This document shows, piece after piece, positions 25,445-36,500 of a stretch of DNA of 64,000 nucleotides (positions are counted from its first letter, which is position 1; each line of letters opens with the position of its first letter). The stretch covers positions 317,444-381,443 of IMG/VR virus record IMGVR_UViG_3300032334_002567, one strand, 5' to 3'. The position numbers and the translations under genes are program-made. The notes beneath the pieces were generated by a model. That model had not been told where the DNA came from. It ran no database searches and saw nothing but the letters and a program-made list of their open reading frames with translations.

Positions 25445-26763
25445 TGTCTAAAATAGCAATTGATGAATGGTACAAAGAAGCCAGTGGTGATATAGCTGCA
25501 AATCAATCTTCTATGGGTACACCAGATGGCTCACCTATGGATGCTCCTAATGCCCAACAAGCTCAACAACCAAGTGTAGGAGTACCACAAGACCAGCAAA
25601 ATGCAAAACAAGGCACAGAGCAGAATCCAGATCAAGGATCACAACAGCCACAGATGCCAGATGTCTCACAGGATCCAGTAGCTCCTGATATGCCTGAGGA
25701 GAAACAGGATCAAAACTTTGAAGATTGGAAAAACAATTATTTCAGAGAATCAATCAAAGGCGATGTAAGTAAACTTATAGAAATGATTCAACAAGTCAGA
25801 GACACCGAACTAGACTCTTACCCCAGAAAATTTGTTGAAGACAATTTGCAAATTTGCTTTTTAAGACAACATGCCAACATTGAAAAAGCTAGCAAAGAAA
25901 TAAGAAAACTAATTAGAGATAATCTCGATAGAAATAATCCAAGTGTTTCTTTAGTTAATCACATCGATAGCACCTTGCAAACAATGCCAGAACTGAATAG
26001 TGTTTTTATAAAGCTTAAAGGACTTTTAGGTATGAAGGGCGATCTTCATAGAAAGTTTGTATCAGCTATTATAGGTGGTGTACAGGTTGGAACAGGTGGA
26101 AACAATGAAGATGTAATTTATAATGAAAGAGATTATTCTATAAGGCTTTCTACGAGATATAACGATAAGTGGGGCAGAGTAGATATTGGAAAATGGAGTC
26201 TTAAAGAAGATGACACAGAAAGATACCTTACAGAACCTGAGCAAAGAAGATTAGAAGAAGGATCCCCAGAAGAAAAAGACGTCCTCAGAAGAAGAGTCGT
26301 TGTGGAGAGTATTTCTGACATCTTCAAGAAAAGAGGATTCGTTATAAATATTGTAGGAGAAGATGGCACCATTTATACTTTAGGCTGGGATATATCAGGT
26401 AGCCTAAAGAATGCCTATACTAGCGGCAAAATAATCGTAAAAACAATTCAAAGTGAAAACTCTGAGGCCATGATAGATGATGATGGAAAGATAACTCCTT
26501 ATGTTGATGTAAAAATAAAATATACTAAAGAGACTGGGGAGGTTGACGAAGATGGAAAGCCAGTTCAAGAAGAACATGACTTCATGGAAAGAATAGATGG
26601 AATGCTTTTCTTGACAGCACAGTTTCAAATACTAAAAGAAGCTGCGTCTTCATTTAGTGGAATGGTTCTAAAAGAAATTCCATATAATGGAAACCCAAGT
26701 GACTTAAGAATAATACAAAGATGTGTTCCCTCGGCCCCAGAAATATTAATGCGTCAGTGCTAA
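25444..26763 (+). CDS. Hypothetical phage protein with Q/P-rich N-terminus
   Basis: 439-aa ORF. Confidence 0.7.
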   Translation: MSKIAIDEWYKEASGDIAANQSSMGTPDGSPMDAPNAQQAQQPSVGVPQDQQNAKQGTEQNPDQGSQQPQMPDVSQDPVAPDMPEEKQDQNFEDWKNNYFRESIKGDVSKLIEMIQQVRDTELDSYPRKFVEDNLQICFLRQHANIEKASKEIRKLIRDNLDRNNPSVSLVNHIDSTLQTMPELNSVFIKLKGLLGMKGDLHRKFVSAIIGGVQVGTGGNNEDVIYNERDYSIRLSTRYNDKWGRVDIGKWSLKEDDTERYLTEPEQRRLEEGSPEEKDVLRRRVVVESISDIFKKRGFVINIVGEDGTIYTLGWDISGSLKNAYTSGKIIVKTIQSENSEAMIDDDGKITPYVDVKIKYTKETGEVDEDGKPVQEEHDFMERIDGMLFLTAQFQILKEAASSFSGMVLKEIPYNGNPSDLRIIQRCVPSAPEILMRQC

Positions 26764-26771
26764 GGAGAAAA

Positions 26772-27245
26772 ATGCAGAACTTTTTTGAATTTGTCGATAG
26801 AAAACAACGAGAGTCAAGAAAACACCTACAGCTTGTCGAAAAGGCTTTAAAAAAAGCTGGGATGAATGTAATCAATTTTATAGATCAAGATGATTCTTAT
26901 GTGTTTGTTAAAAACAAACATCCTGATGCCCCTTTTGCTGGAGTTAGAATCTATGAAATAGGAGACTCATTGGCCTACAGAGTACAAAAAGAGCCTGAGA
27001 CTGAACCTTATGGTAAGGCCTATTTAATAGACCTAGAGGAAATGTTCAATGACTTTATGGGGGAAGGAATGAAAGAAGAAAAAGCTGGCGAAAAAGTCGT
27101 TGATAGCTTAGTTTTAGAAATAAACAAGTTCTTTGAGAAAAGTGCGAAAGCCCAAACAGAAGTAGAGAACACACCAGTTGGACTTCCTGCAATTCTAAAG
27201 ACGGGTGGAACTGATTACTCTGGCTTGGTTACAAGTAAAATGTAA
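26772..27245 (+). CDS. Hypothetical protein (MQNFFEFV...)
   Basis: AAGGAG RBS before ATG 26772. Confidence 0.7.
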   Translation: MQNFFEFVDRKQRESRKHLQLVEKALKKAGMNVINFIDQDDSYVFVKNKHPDAPFAGVRIYEIGDSLAYRVQKEPETEPYGKAYLIDLEEMFNDFMGEGMKEEKAGEKVVDSLVLEINKFFEKSAKAQTEVENTPVGLPAILKTGGTDYSGLVTSKM

Positions 27246-27246
27246 A

Positions 27247-27942
27247 ATGGATGACGCCATAATAATCAGCGATATCCACCTAGGCAGCGAAGTTAGTCAG
27301 TCAAAAAAGCTGATTAAATTTTTTGAAGAAATTGAAAGTGGATCTCGTCTTGTAAAATCCTTGATCATTAATGGAGATCTTTTTGACAGCTGGGATTTTC
27401 GAAAGCTTAAGAAGAGCCATTGGAAAGTTTTATCACATATAAGAAAACTTTCTAAAATTTTGCATATAGTCTACGTTAATGGGAATCACGATGGACCTGC
27501 AGAAATTATATCTCATCTTTTAGGAGTTGAGTTTTTAGAAGAATATATTTTTGAAAGCGGTGGTAAAAAAATACTAGTTCTGCATGGTGATAAATTTGAC
27601 AAATTTATAGCCGATTATCCGATACTAACCAGATTGGCAGACAATATTTATAGGCTTATACAAAAAATAGATAAAAGTTTTTATCTTGCAAAAATGGCAA
27701 AAAAGAACAGTAAAACATTTCTCAGGTGCTCAGAATTAATTAAAGAAAAAGCAAAAAAATACGGAGAGCAAAAAAAAGTTAATATGGTTTGTTGTTCACA
27801 CACACACTTGGGCATGGAAGATAATGAGGGAAAGGTAGGATATTACAACTCAGGCTGTTGGACAGAAGAACCTTGTACCTTTCTGACCATTAAAGATGGG
27901 ATTATAAAGCTCAACAGTTTTGTTCAAAAAGAGCATATATAA
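27247..27942 (+). CDS. Calcineurin-like metallophosphoesterase (LpxH-like)
   Basis: SDIHLG, NGDLFD, GNHD, HGD, SHTH, NSGCW. Confidence 0.88.
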   Translation: MDDAIIISDIHLGSEVSQSKKLIKFFEEIESGSRLVKSLIINGDLFDSWDFRKLKKSHWKVLSHIRKLSKILHIVYVNGNHDGPAEIISHLLGVEFLEEYIFESGGKKILVLHGDKFDKFIADYPILTRLADNIYRLIQKIDKSFYLAKMAKKNSKTFLRCSELIKEKAKKYGEQKKVNMVCCSHTHLGMEDNEGKVGYYNSGCWTEEPCTFLTIKDGIIKLNSFVQKEHI

Positions 27943-27974
27943 TATAGACGATTAACCGTTTAACAAGGAGGTTT

Positions 27975-28154
27975 ATGGAAAATAAAGACATAAGTTTGTT
28001 GGCTCTTTTGTTAGCCATTTTTATACCACCCGTAGGTGTTCTTATAAAAGAAGGACTAGGAGTACAGTTTCTAATTAACTTAATTTTAACCTTTTTAGGA
28101 TATATACCTGGCATAGTCCATGCCTTGTACATAATACTAAGAGAAAAACAATGA
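27975..28154 (+). CDS. YqaE/Pmp3 family membrane proteolipid (59 aa), not in ORF track
   Basis: Manual translation LLAIFIPPVGV...FLINLILTFLGYIPGIVHALYII; AGGAGG RBS. Confidence 0.9.
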   Translation: MENKDISLLALLLAIFIPPVGVLIKEGLGVQFLINLILTFLGYIPGIVHALYIILREKQ

Positions 28155-28471
28155 AATTAAAATCTTTTGAAAGTTGGCTTACAGCAAGAGGTGTTGAGCC
28201 TCTTGCTGTACAAGCTAAAAAAATTAGCGAAGCCTCTAATGACGGTAATGAGATGCTAAAAAACAATCTCAATGACATTATAGAATACGCTACTAAACTT
28301 TCTAGCGTTGTTGAGTCCACATCAGAATTAGACGAGTGGATGGAGAATAAAATAACAGTTGCTAGAACTTATTTATCTGACGTTACTCATGCTTACCTAA
28401 ACGATCTAAAGAACCAAAGTCCTTGTGGTGGGATGTTAGGTCAAGCTAGCGAATTCGGTCCAACCCCGTGA
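28151..28471 (+). CDS. Hypothetical phage protein (LDEWMENKIT motif)
   Basis: ATGA overlap with the Pmp3 stop. Confidence 0.65.
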   Translation: MKLKSFESWLTARGVEPLAVQAKKISEASNDGNEMLKNNLNDIIEYATKLSSVVESTSELDEWMENKITVARTYLSDVTHAYLNDLKNQSPCGGMLGQASEFGPTP

Positions 28472-28481
28472 AAAATATAGC

Positions 28482-29237
28482 CTATGCAGGGGCAAAACTT
28501 GAAGCAGCTTCTGGTGTCGATGGATTCTTGCCCATGATTTTCATTACTTCTTTCTTCTTCATAACTTGATCGTACTTATCTGGAAATACTTTTGCAATAG
28601 TAGCTTGAATTTGGGCTTTTGCTTTGCTGCTTACTCTTGGGCTTAGATAGGCTCCGACCAAGCTGTGAAACAACTTTTCTCTCTCTAGTGCTTTTTCATC
28701 CTGTTGCTGGGTCTGCTTGGCTTGAGCTTTAACAGCTTTGGGAGCCTGAACTTTAGAGACTTGTTTTTGGGGCTGTTCTTCATCCTCTCCAGAATTTAAA
28801 CCAAATATATTTTGCCAAGGTTTATTTTGCTTTCCACCGGGACTATAAACTCCGGTGATATCAAAGGGACTTTCACCAGCCGCCTGAACACCTCTTATTG
28901 CCGCTGTTAAAGGTGATGCACCAATTTGCAGGGCTCCTGTACCTATTTGCTTTCCTGCATTCTGGCCTAGCTGCCATCCTCTCCTGATTTTTTCTCTGCC
29001 CTTCTTTTTTCCTCCACCTATAATTTCAAGAGCACCAGCACCCATTTGTCCTAAACCATAAGCACTTCTAGCCGTTCCTCCTAGAATGTTGCCTCCACCC
29101 CTTGCAATTTGTGTTCCTAAATTTGAGGCTGCACCTGCAAGACCTGTGAGGATGCCTTCTTTTACAAGCCTATCATGCTCGGCTTGAATCCATTGCTCAA
29201 AAATTTCTTGTTCTAATACGTATTCTTTAAATTCCAT
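28482..29237 (-). CDS. Gly/Ala-rich protein with capsid-targeting-like N-terminus
   Basis: MEFKEYVLEQE; glycine-zipper-like core. Confidence 0.65.
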   Translation of the reverse strand: MEFKEYVLEQEIFEQWIQAEHDRLVKEGILTGLAGAASNLGTQIARGGGNILGGTARSAYGLGQMGAGALEIIGGGKKKGREKIRRGWQLGQNAGKQIGTGALQIGASPLTAAIRGVQAAGESPFDITGVYSPGGKQNKPWQNIFGLNSGEDEEQPQKQVSKVQAPKAVKAQAKQTQQQDEKALEREKLFHSLVGAYLSPRVSSKAKAQIQATIAKVFPDKYDQVMKKKEVMKIMGKNPSTPEAASSFAPA

Positions 29238-29412
29238 GCCTTATCTATTGGGCATAATAGCTTTTTTAAATTTAAAAACAAACAACGCAATATTATATTG
29301 AAGCTTTTGAAAAACGCTCATGTTGTTATGAATATCAACAAATTCCCTGATCATCATAGGGTTGTTCTTAAGCCCTTCCCACAATTCATTTTCCATTTAC
29401 ATTCTCCTATTT

Positions 29413-29907
29413 TTAAATGCCTTTGACTTTTTTGTAAAGAGAAGCAGCCATTTCTGATAATTTATTCTTTCGTTCTTCCGAGTAAGGAGACTTGGGCTTT
29501 TCAGAGGGTGCTGCTTCGTTGTATTTCCTCACATACTTATTGTATTCTTCTGCGATGTGGGGCTTTTGCTCAGGATAGTCCCAAGGCAAAGGCCTTGCAC
29601 AACTATGACATACATATGGACCGTTATAGCCCTTATTAGGAAATGGGCCTTTTGGTCGGTGAGGAGAGTTACTGAATATCCAATTTAGGTCAATTAAAGA
29701 ACTACAAAAAGTGCAATTAGCTAAGTCGTTGATGTGAGGCCCATGATTAAGGGGCGAAATATACTCATACAACAAGTTTCTAAATACAGGTTGATCTGCG
29801 TGGACGCCTCGAAATCGCCATTCGCACTTTGGGCACTCCCAAATTTGGAATAAGTTATAGTCTTTTGCGTTAATTACCTTCTCACACCTAGGACAAGAGA
29901 TGTGCAT
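29413..29907 (-). CDS. Zn-ribbon protein
   Basis: Four CxxC pairs. Confidence 0.65.
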   Translation of the reverse strand: MHISCPRCEKVINAKDYNLFQIWECPKCEWRFRGVHADQPVFRNLLYEYISPLNHGPHINDLANCTFCSSLIDLNWIFSNSPHRPKGPFPNKGYNGPYVCHSCARPLPWDYPEQKPHIAEEYNKYVRKYNEAAPSEKPKSPYSEERKNKLSEMAASLYKKVKGI

Positions 29908-29953
29908 TTTATATTTCTCCGGCTTTAAATTCTCTCCAAATGACTCTAATTCT

Positions 29954-29981
29954 AGTATAGCACAACATATTGACTTGTAAA
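29954..29981 (-). promoter_or_regulatory. Sigma70-type promoter TTTACA-N16-TATACT, extended -10
   Basis: TGC precedes the -10; upstream of 29907. Confidence 0.55.
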
Positions 29982-30027
29982 GTCATTCAAAAGCTAATTT
30001 AGAATTTGCCAAGCCTAAATAAAAGAT

Positions 30028-30567
30028 ATGCAAACCCCATTTTTAGACGCTTTTTTACCCTCAAAAACAGTTAGGCCCATGTCAATGGTGGTCATGCGTG
30101 GGAGCTTAATAACCTTTAACTACACATTTCACAAACCTAACCACGACTCTTTCCCTTTAGTTTTAGTGACCGATACCGAGTATCCATCAGAGGATAAACC
30201 AGCTAGGCCTAATGCAGCACCACAAAGAAGAGGAACCTACTTAAGAGGAATAAATTTACACTATTTAACATTTCCCGTTATTAAGAACTTGATATATCCA
30301 AATAACAAGCAATCTGTATGTGATAACCCTAATTTTACGTATCAATATATCAAAAACAATGGATATATAACATCAGCCTTTCGACAATACAAAAGAAACG
30401 GCATAGCGAACATTAAAAAACTCGACTGCCAGTTTGTTGTTAATGCAATGGGAATATCTAGGTCATTTGATCCAAATGAACTAGAAGCCATACGCAGGTC
30501 TGTGAGGGAGCAAATAAACCGCATGGTCAATCCAAGAGCAGCATCAACCGATGAAATGCCAATTTAA
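30028..30567 (+). CDS. T4 gp2-like DNA end protector protein
   Basis: DSFPLVL and GINLHYL motifs. Confidence 0.55.
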   Translation: MQTPFLDAFLPSKTVRPMSMVVMRGSLITFNYTFHKPNHDSFPLVLVTDTEYPSEDKPARPNAAPQRRGTYLRGINLHYLTFPVIKNLIYPNNKQSVCDNPNFTYQYIKNNGYITSAFRQYKRNGIANIKKLDCQFVVNAMGISRSFDPNELEAIRRSVREQINRMVNPRAASTDEMPI

Positions 30568-30580
30568 ATAAAAATTAAAA

Positions 30581-33500
30581 ATGCCAGAATTATACGACAA
30601 CCTAGGAAGAAAAATAGATGCTGCCAAAATGAGCATTGGCGAGCTAAAGGGTTTAGTCGGCACATTGATGAAGTCTAAAGTTGGACCAGCAAAACCTATT
30701 GGTGGTCAAGAAGAAGAAGCTAAAACACAAGACTCAAATCTAGAACTTATTAAATTATTTGAAGACTATGTAAAAGGATTTAACGAAGAAGTAGATGAAC
30801 AAAAGAGTTTACTTCAAAATATAGTAGATGCATTAAAAAATATTAATTCTAAAAAAGAAGAAAAAGCTAATCAACCAAAAGACAACAAAGAAGAAAAAGA
30901 TGAGATAAAAGAAACATTTCCAGAAAAATTAAGAAAAGCTCTTACTGGAAAAAACAAGCCTAGCAAAGAAGAGCATACAACTGCTAAGGCTACAAATTCT
31001 TTAGCAAATCTATTCGGGAAAAAAGGTTCTGGCTATACCCATGATATACACTGTGAGGCATGGCTAAGACAAATATATCAGGTTTTAGCTAAAGATAGAG
31101 AAGGCGTAGCAACGCCAGAAGCCGCTGCTAGGCAGGTTGAAGAAGATGTAACAAGAGTCACAGCAAGAGAACCTGCAGAAACAGCTGCAAGGGAAGCTTC
31201 TGAGGCAGCTACTACTGGAGGGGGCGAGACTATAAGAGCGAGAGATTGGCTAGATGCCGAAGAGTACTACCAAGAGTTAAACGGATTAGAAAATGATTAC
31301 TATCAACACACAGTAGATTCAATATTTGGACTATGGAACAAAGAAAAAGATTTATACGAAAGAATAACAGGCTTAGAAAAAGAAAAAAATGCAATTCACC
31401 GTGCTTATTTGAAGGAAGGCATCAGCAAAGAGGAAAAAGAAAGACTAGCTTTAGCTTACAGGCAAATGGGCATAGAAATAAGCAATCAAAAAATCATAAA
31501 AAGAAATTTAAAAGAACAAGAGAACGCTTGGAAAGAGATTGGAAAACAAATAGAGACAGCAGAAAAATATTTATTAGGTTTCAAAGGAGGCGGGGCGTTT
31601 GAGGTACTAACAAAAGGAATAATAAAAGAAGAAAGAGAATTTACACAAAATATTAGACAAGCGGCATATGAAACTGCTGGAGTCACTTCTGAGTCTAAGG
31701 CCCTGCAAAAAACATACGAAGAGATAGGCAAAACTTCTAAACTAACCGGAATGAATAGGAGTGAAACTCAAAAAGCTTATACAAAAGCATTAAGGTCAGG
31801 TGTCAAAGATCAAAAGAAAGCACTTAGTCTATCAGTATCACAACTAAACACAGAAAAACAAATAGGTGCCACAGCAGATTCTTTAGGTGAATTCTTCATA
31901 GAAATGGGCACCCAACTTCAGTTCAACAATGATCAAATGTCAGAGGTTGGAAGAGGCATAAGAGAAGCTGGTCGAAACACTGGTTTGGTAGGAGATAAAT
32001 TAGCTGGCGTTGTCAGGGGCAGTGCAGAATTTGTAAAAATGATGAAAAATGCTGGTACTGCGTCTGCATCTGCCGTGAGTAATATTGTTGGTTTACAAGC
32101 AGAGTTTACAAAGACAGGCGTAGAAGGAGGAAAGCTTCTTAAAGGACTAAGCAGTACATCTGGATTCTTAGGTAGTGATGCACAAACATTGGCTTTGATT
32201 GCTAATGCTGCTAACAGAGTTGGTCTTACTCAAGAAATGATTAATGGAACAATACTAAAAAGTTCAGCTAGCATTAAAAAGTTTAACAGAGGCTTGACTC
32301 AAACTGTCAATGACATGGGATTGGGTGGTAGAAACGCCGAAGAAATGCGAGCAAACTTTGACAAATTGTCAGATGAAGGCAGAAGAGATATCAATTTAAG
32401 ACTCAACGCAGCTTTTGGGATGGAAGCCGGTGAGTTAATGTTAGCAATAGAAGGAATCGAAAATCAATCTAAATCACTTTCTGATCGTTTGGGAGAACTT
32501 AATAAAAAGAAATCTCAAAACTTAACATTAGAAGAAAAAGCTACATTGCTTGAAGAAGAAAGAAGCTTGAAACTTGGTGCAGCAACAAAAGCTCTGACTG
32601 CAATATCTGAGGCCGCTAAGGGCACAAAAGACATGAACGAGGCCTTAGCAAAATTTAGCAGTAGAAGATCCGAATTTGAAGGCGACATGAAGGCACTCGG
32701 ACAATCCTGGACAACCGAGACAGATGTTGCTAGGGGAGCTATAAAAAGTGCTTTAGAAAATGTAAATGCTGGCTTGAAAAAAGCAGGAAAGAAAGAACTA
32801 AAAATAGACTCGTCGGAAATAGAAAAAGCAATAAAAGACCCAGCAGCATTCAGAGAACTAACGTCTCAAATAACTAAGGGAGAGCAAGAATTAGCTACTG
32901 CACAAAAAGCACAATTAGACCCATTGAGTGCAATAGAACAAAAGTTAACTGAAATAAACGACTCTGTGAGAAACTTGAGCCAAAGTTTGATATCGGGTAT
33001 TTTTAATAGTTTTCTAGGAAAAATGCTTGTGGGGATAACAGCTTTAGGAGCTTTAATTGTAGGTGCCATAGGTGGATTGAATTCAATAATCATGCCTATT
33101 TGGAACTTAATGACTCTTTTAGGAAGATCTTTATCCGGTATGGGACAAAGAACATCACAGGATAGAATGGGAAGTCTTGGGAAGGTATGGGATCGCTTAA
33201 CTGGGCGTGATACAACCCCAACCCCAGAAAGATTAACAGAAGCAGAAGTAACAGCTACCGGTAAAGATAAAACTATAACTAAAACTGGTTGCTGCGAGGA
33301 TCTTGTAAGTATAAACAAAGCAATGTTGGATGTTTTAAATGCCATTAAAGATTGTGTTTGTGGCAAACAACCAGAAGCTTCTACTCAAGCAAGTCAAACA
33401 AAACAGGAGTTAAGAGAAGCGGAACTAACACCCAAATCAGTAGTATCACCAGATCAAGTTGCAGCTGGTAAAGCAGGAGAAGTTGCCAAAAAAGAAGTAG

Positions 33501-36500
33501 GAACAGACTTAGCTTCTAAATCAGTAGTTTCACAGCCACCACAAACTACTCCAGAAAAAATAGAAGAAGCTGTTAAAAAAGAAAGTAGGAAACCAAAGTT
33601 ATCTCCTGAGGAGATTGCCACAAGAAAAGCAGCTGGACAGGCAGCTAAAGAGAGATCACAAACAGCCGGTATAAGTCCTTCAGTAGCAAAGTCCATAAAG
33701 AGACAAGAAGTCAAAAATATAAAAATGGATGCTTCATTAAACAAAATGCAAAGAAGGAATATAATTCAAGAATTGCAGAACGGAAAAAAAACAAAGACAA
33801 TGATCCTAAGAGAGCAGGAAGCTGCTAAAGGACCAAAGCCCTTAGAAGTACCCCAGCCACCAGATACAGGAAATTTTGATTTAAATAAATTAATTGCAAG
33901 TGGTCAAGATATGGCAAAGAGTGCTGCTGCTGTTGCCCTACTTGGTTTAGGAGTTGTTGCTCTAGGTGCAGCAATAGTGTTCTTGTCCAAGAAAATATTG
34001 AGTGGGTTCAACTTAGACACTTCAACAATACTACAAACAGCTGGTGCTATAGCTGCACTTGCGGTAGCAGGTGGTGCGATTGCTGCTGCTGGTATTGTGG
34101 CATATGAGGCACTAAATAAGAAAGAAAATAAAGAATTTGTAGATACTGCTCCAAAAAGTAAAACCGAAATGCTAAAGCAAATAGCAGCAATGATGCTATT
34201 GGGGCCAGCTCTTGTACTATTAGGTGCAGCTATAGTCAAGATGTCCCAAATGGTTATAGACGCTTTTGGACTTGATTTAAATACGGTTGCAATGGTTGCC
34301 GGAACAGTAGCTGCAATTGTAGCTGCTGCTGGAGCCTTGACTCTAGGTGCTTCAGAGGCTCTTGAAGGTTTTGAGAAACTAGAGGGCAATAAGCTTATAA
34401 AAAATCCTGGTAAACTTGTTAGTGCGATGGCTAAGGGAGCATTAGCTCTATTGATCGTTGGTCCGGGACTAGTTGCACTTTCTGCCGCAATAATCAAGAT
34501 GTGTCAAGGTATATTAAGCTATGCAGAAATAGATCTAAACACAATCAAAACTGTAACTGGACAAGTAGCCGCACTTCTCGCTGGCACTGGTGCAATAGCA
34601 TTAGGTATAACAGCGGCTGCTGGAGGATTAATACTATTAGGTAAATTCGCAGACTTTGCCAAGAGCTATGCTAAAGACATGATAATAGGAGCGGCAGCAC
34701 TAATACTTATTGGTCCTGCAGTTGTAGCCCTTGCAGCAGGTCTAAATTATATAATTAATCAAATTTTATCTGCAACAGGTGTGGACGCAGCAAAAGCAGC
34801 AAAAACAGCGTGGAATGTAGCTGGTTTGATTGCGGCCACAGCTGTAATTGCTCTTGCGGTTATGGGTGCGATGGCGGGCTTAACAGCTTTAGGTGCACTT
34901 GCTACTGCCATGACAGGACCACAAATTGGATTCATGCTTTATGGTGCTGCTGCATTATTATTGTTAGCTCCATTAGTTACCGGACTAGCTGCGGCTGTTT
35001 TATATTTAACCAAGTCTTTCATGGGTGGGTTTGACGCAAAACAAGCAACCAAAGTGGCATACGATCTATCTGCAGTTTTAATGTCTGCCTCTGTTATAGC
35101 CATAGCTGTAATGGCGGCCATGGCTGGACTGGGTGGTTTAGGAGTTCTTGCAGCTGGTTTACCTGCTTACATACCTGCTATGTTGGGTGGTGCAGCAGCT
35201 CTAATGCTGCTTACCCCGGTAATGACAGCTTTGGCAACTTCAGTAATAGGAATGACAGAATCCATAATGGATGGAATTGATGCTAAACACGCAGCTAAAG
35301 TTGCATATGATTTGGGGTCAATAATAATGTCTGCTGGCTCAATTGCTCTTGGGATCATGGGAGCCATGGCAGCTCTAACAGGATTAGGATTATTGGCAGG
35401 TGCTTATATTGGATTTATAGGACCAATGATTGGCGGTGCTCTGGCATTGAGTGTAATGACACCGGCTGTTGTAACCCTTGCTGGCTCCATTATATCGATG
35501 TCTGAATCTTTAATGAAAAATATGGTTAGCCCAGATGCTGCAAAGAAAACAGTTGAAAGCTTAAATTCTATTCTTGATAGTGCTGGCAATATAGCTGTGT
35601 CAATTATAGCCAACGCAGCTTCTCTGGCTCTTTTGGGAACAATGTTTGGTGTTTCTTTAGTAGCTATACCATTTATGAAGCTAGGCACTATGGCTTTGTC
35701 TAATCTAACACCTAGTATAGCAAATTTTGTAAACACTATTGTTAATATGGCAAAACAATTTTCTACTTTAGTGTCTCCAAAAGAAGCTGTAAGCCTCTCT
35801 AAAGACGTCGCCGCTATAATGGGAGCGGTTGGAGATATAAGTGAACAAATATTCAAAATTAAAGATAAAATGCTTTCTGTGCCTGTTTATGGAAGCGTTT
35901 GGAATGCAATAAGAGGTGTAAAAGTAGCCGATTATATGAATAGTGGGGTCAAAGCTCTGAAAGAATTAGCTGCTCCTGTTCAAGATTATGTTGCTGCCAT
36001 AAAAGATTTTGCACTTAATGTTGGAAGAACAGTTAATCCAAGAAATGCTGCTGAAATGGCGAGAGGCGTTGCCGCAATACTTTGTGCTGTTAGCAATGTA
36101 ACTTCTAATATGATGACTGCTAAAGACGGTATACTTTCTATTCCTAAAAATGGAGGAATTTTTGCGACTTTAACACGCACAAGAATTTCAGATTACCTTA
36201 ATGCTGGCGTTGGTTCTTTGCAAGAAATGGCCGCACCAATTAAACGATATGTAGCAGCAGTGAAAAAATTTGCAAGTGAAATTGGATTTGATCCTAGACA
36301 AGCTGCTGAGATGGCTAGCGGTGTGGCAGCGATACTTTGTGCTGTTGGTAAGGTTACTTCTAACATAATGACTGCTAAAGATGGAATAATGAGCATACCA
36401 GACAACGGTGGAATATTTGCTTGGATGCTAGGTGCTCAGTTATCCCAAAGAATGAACAAAGGCGTCGAAGCACTTAAAGTACTTGGAAAACCAATACAAA

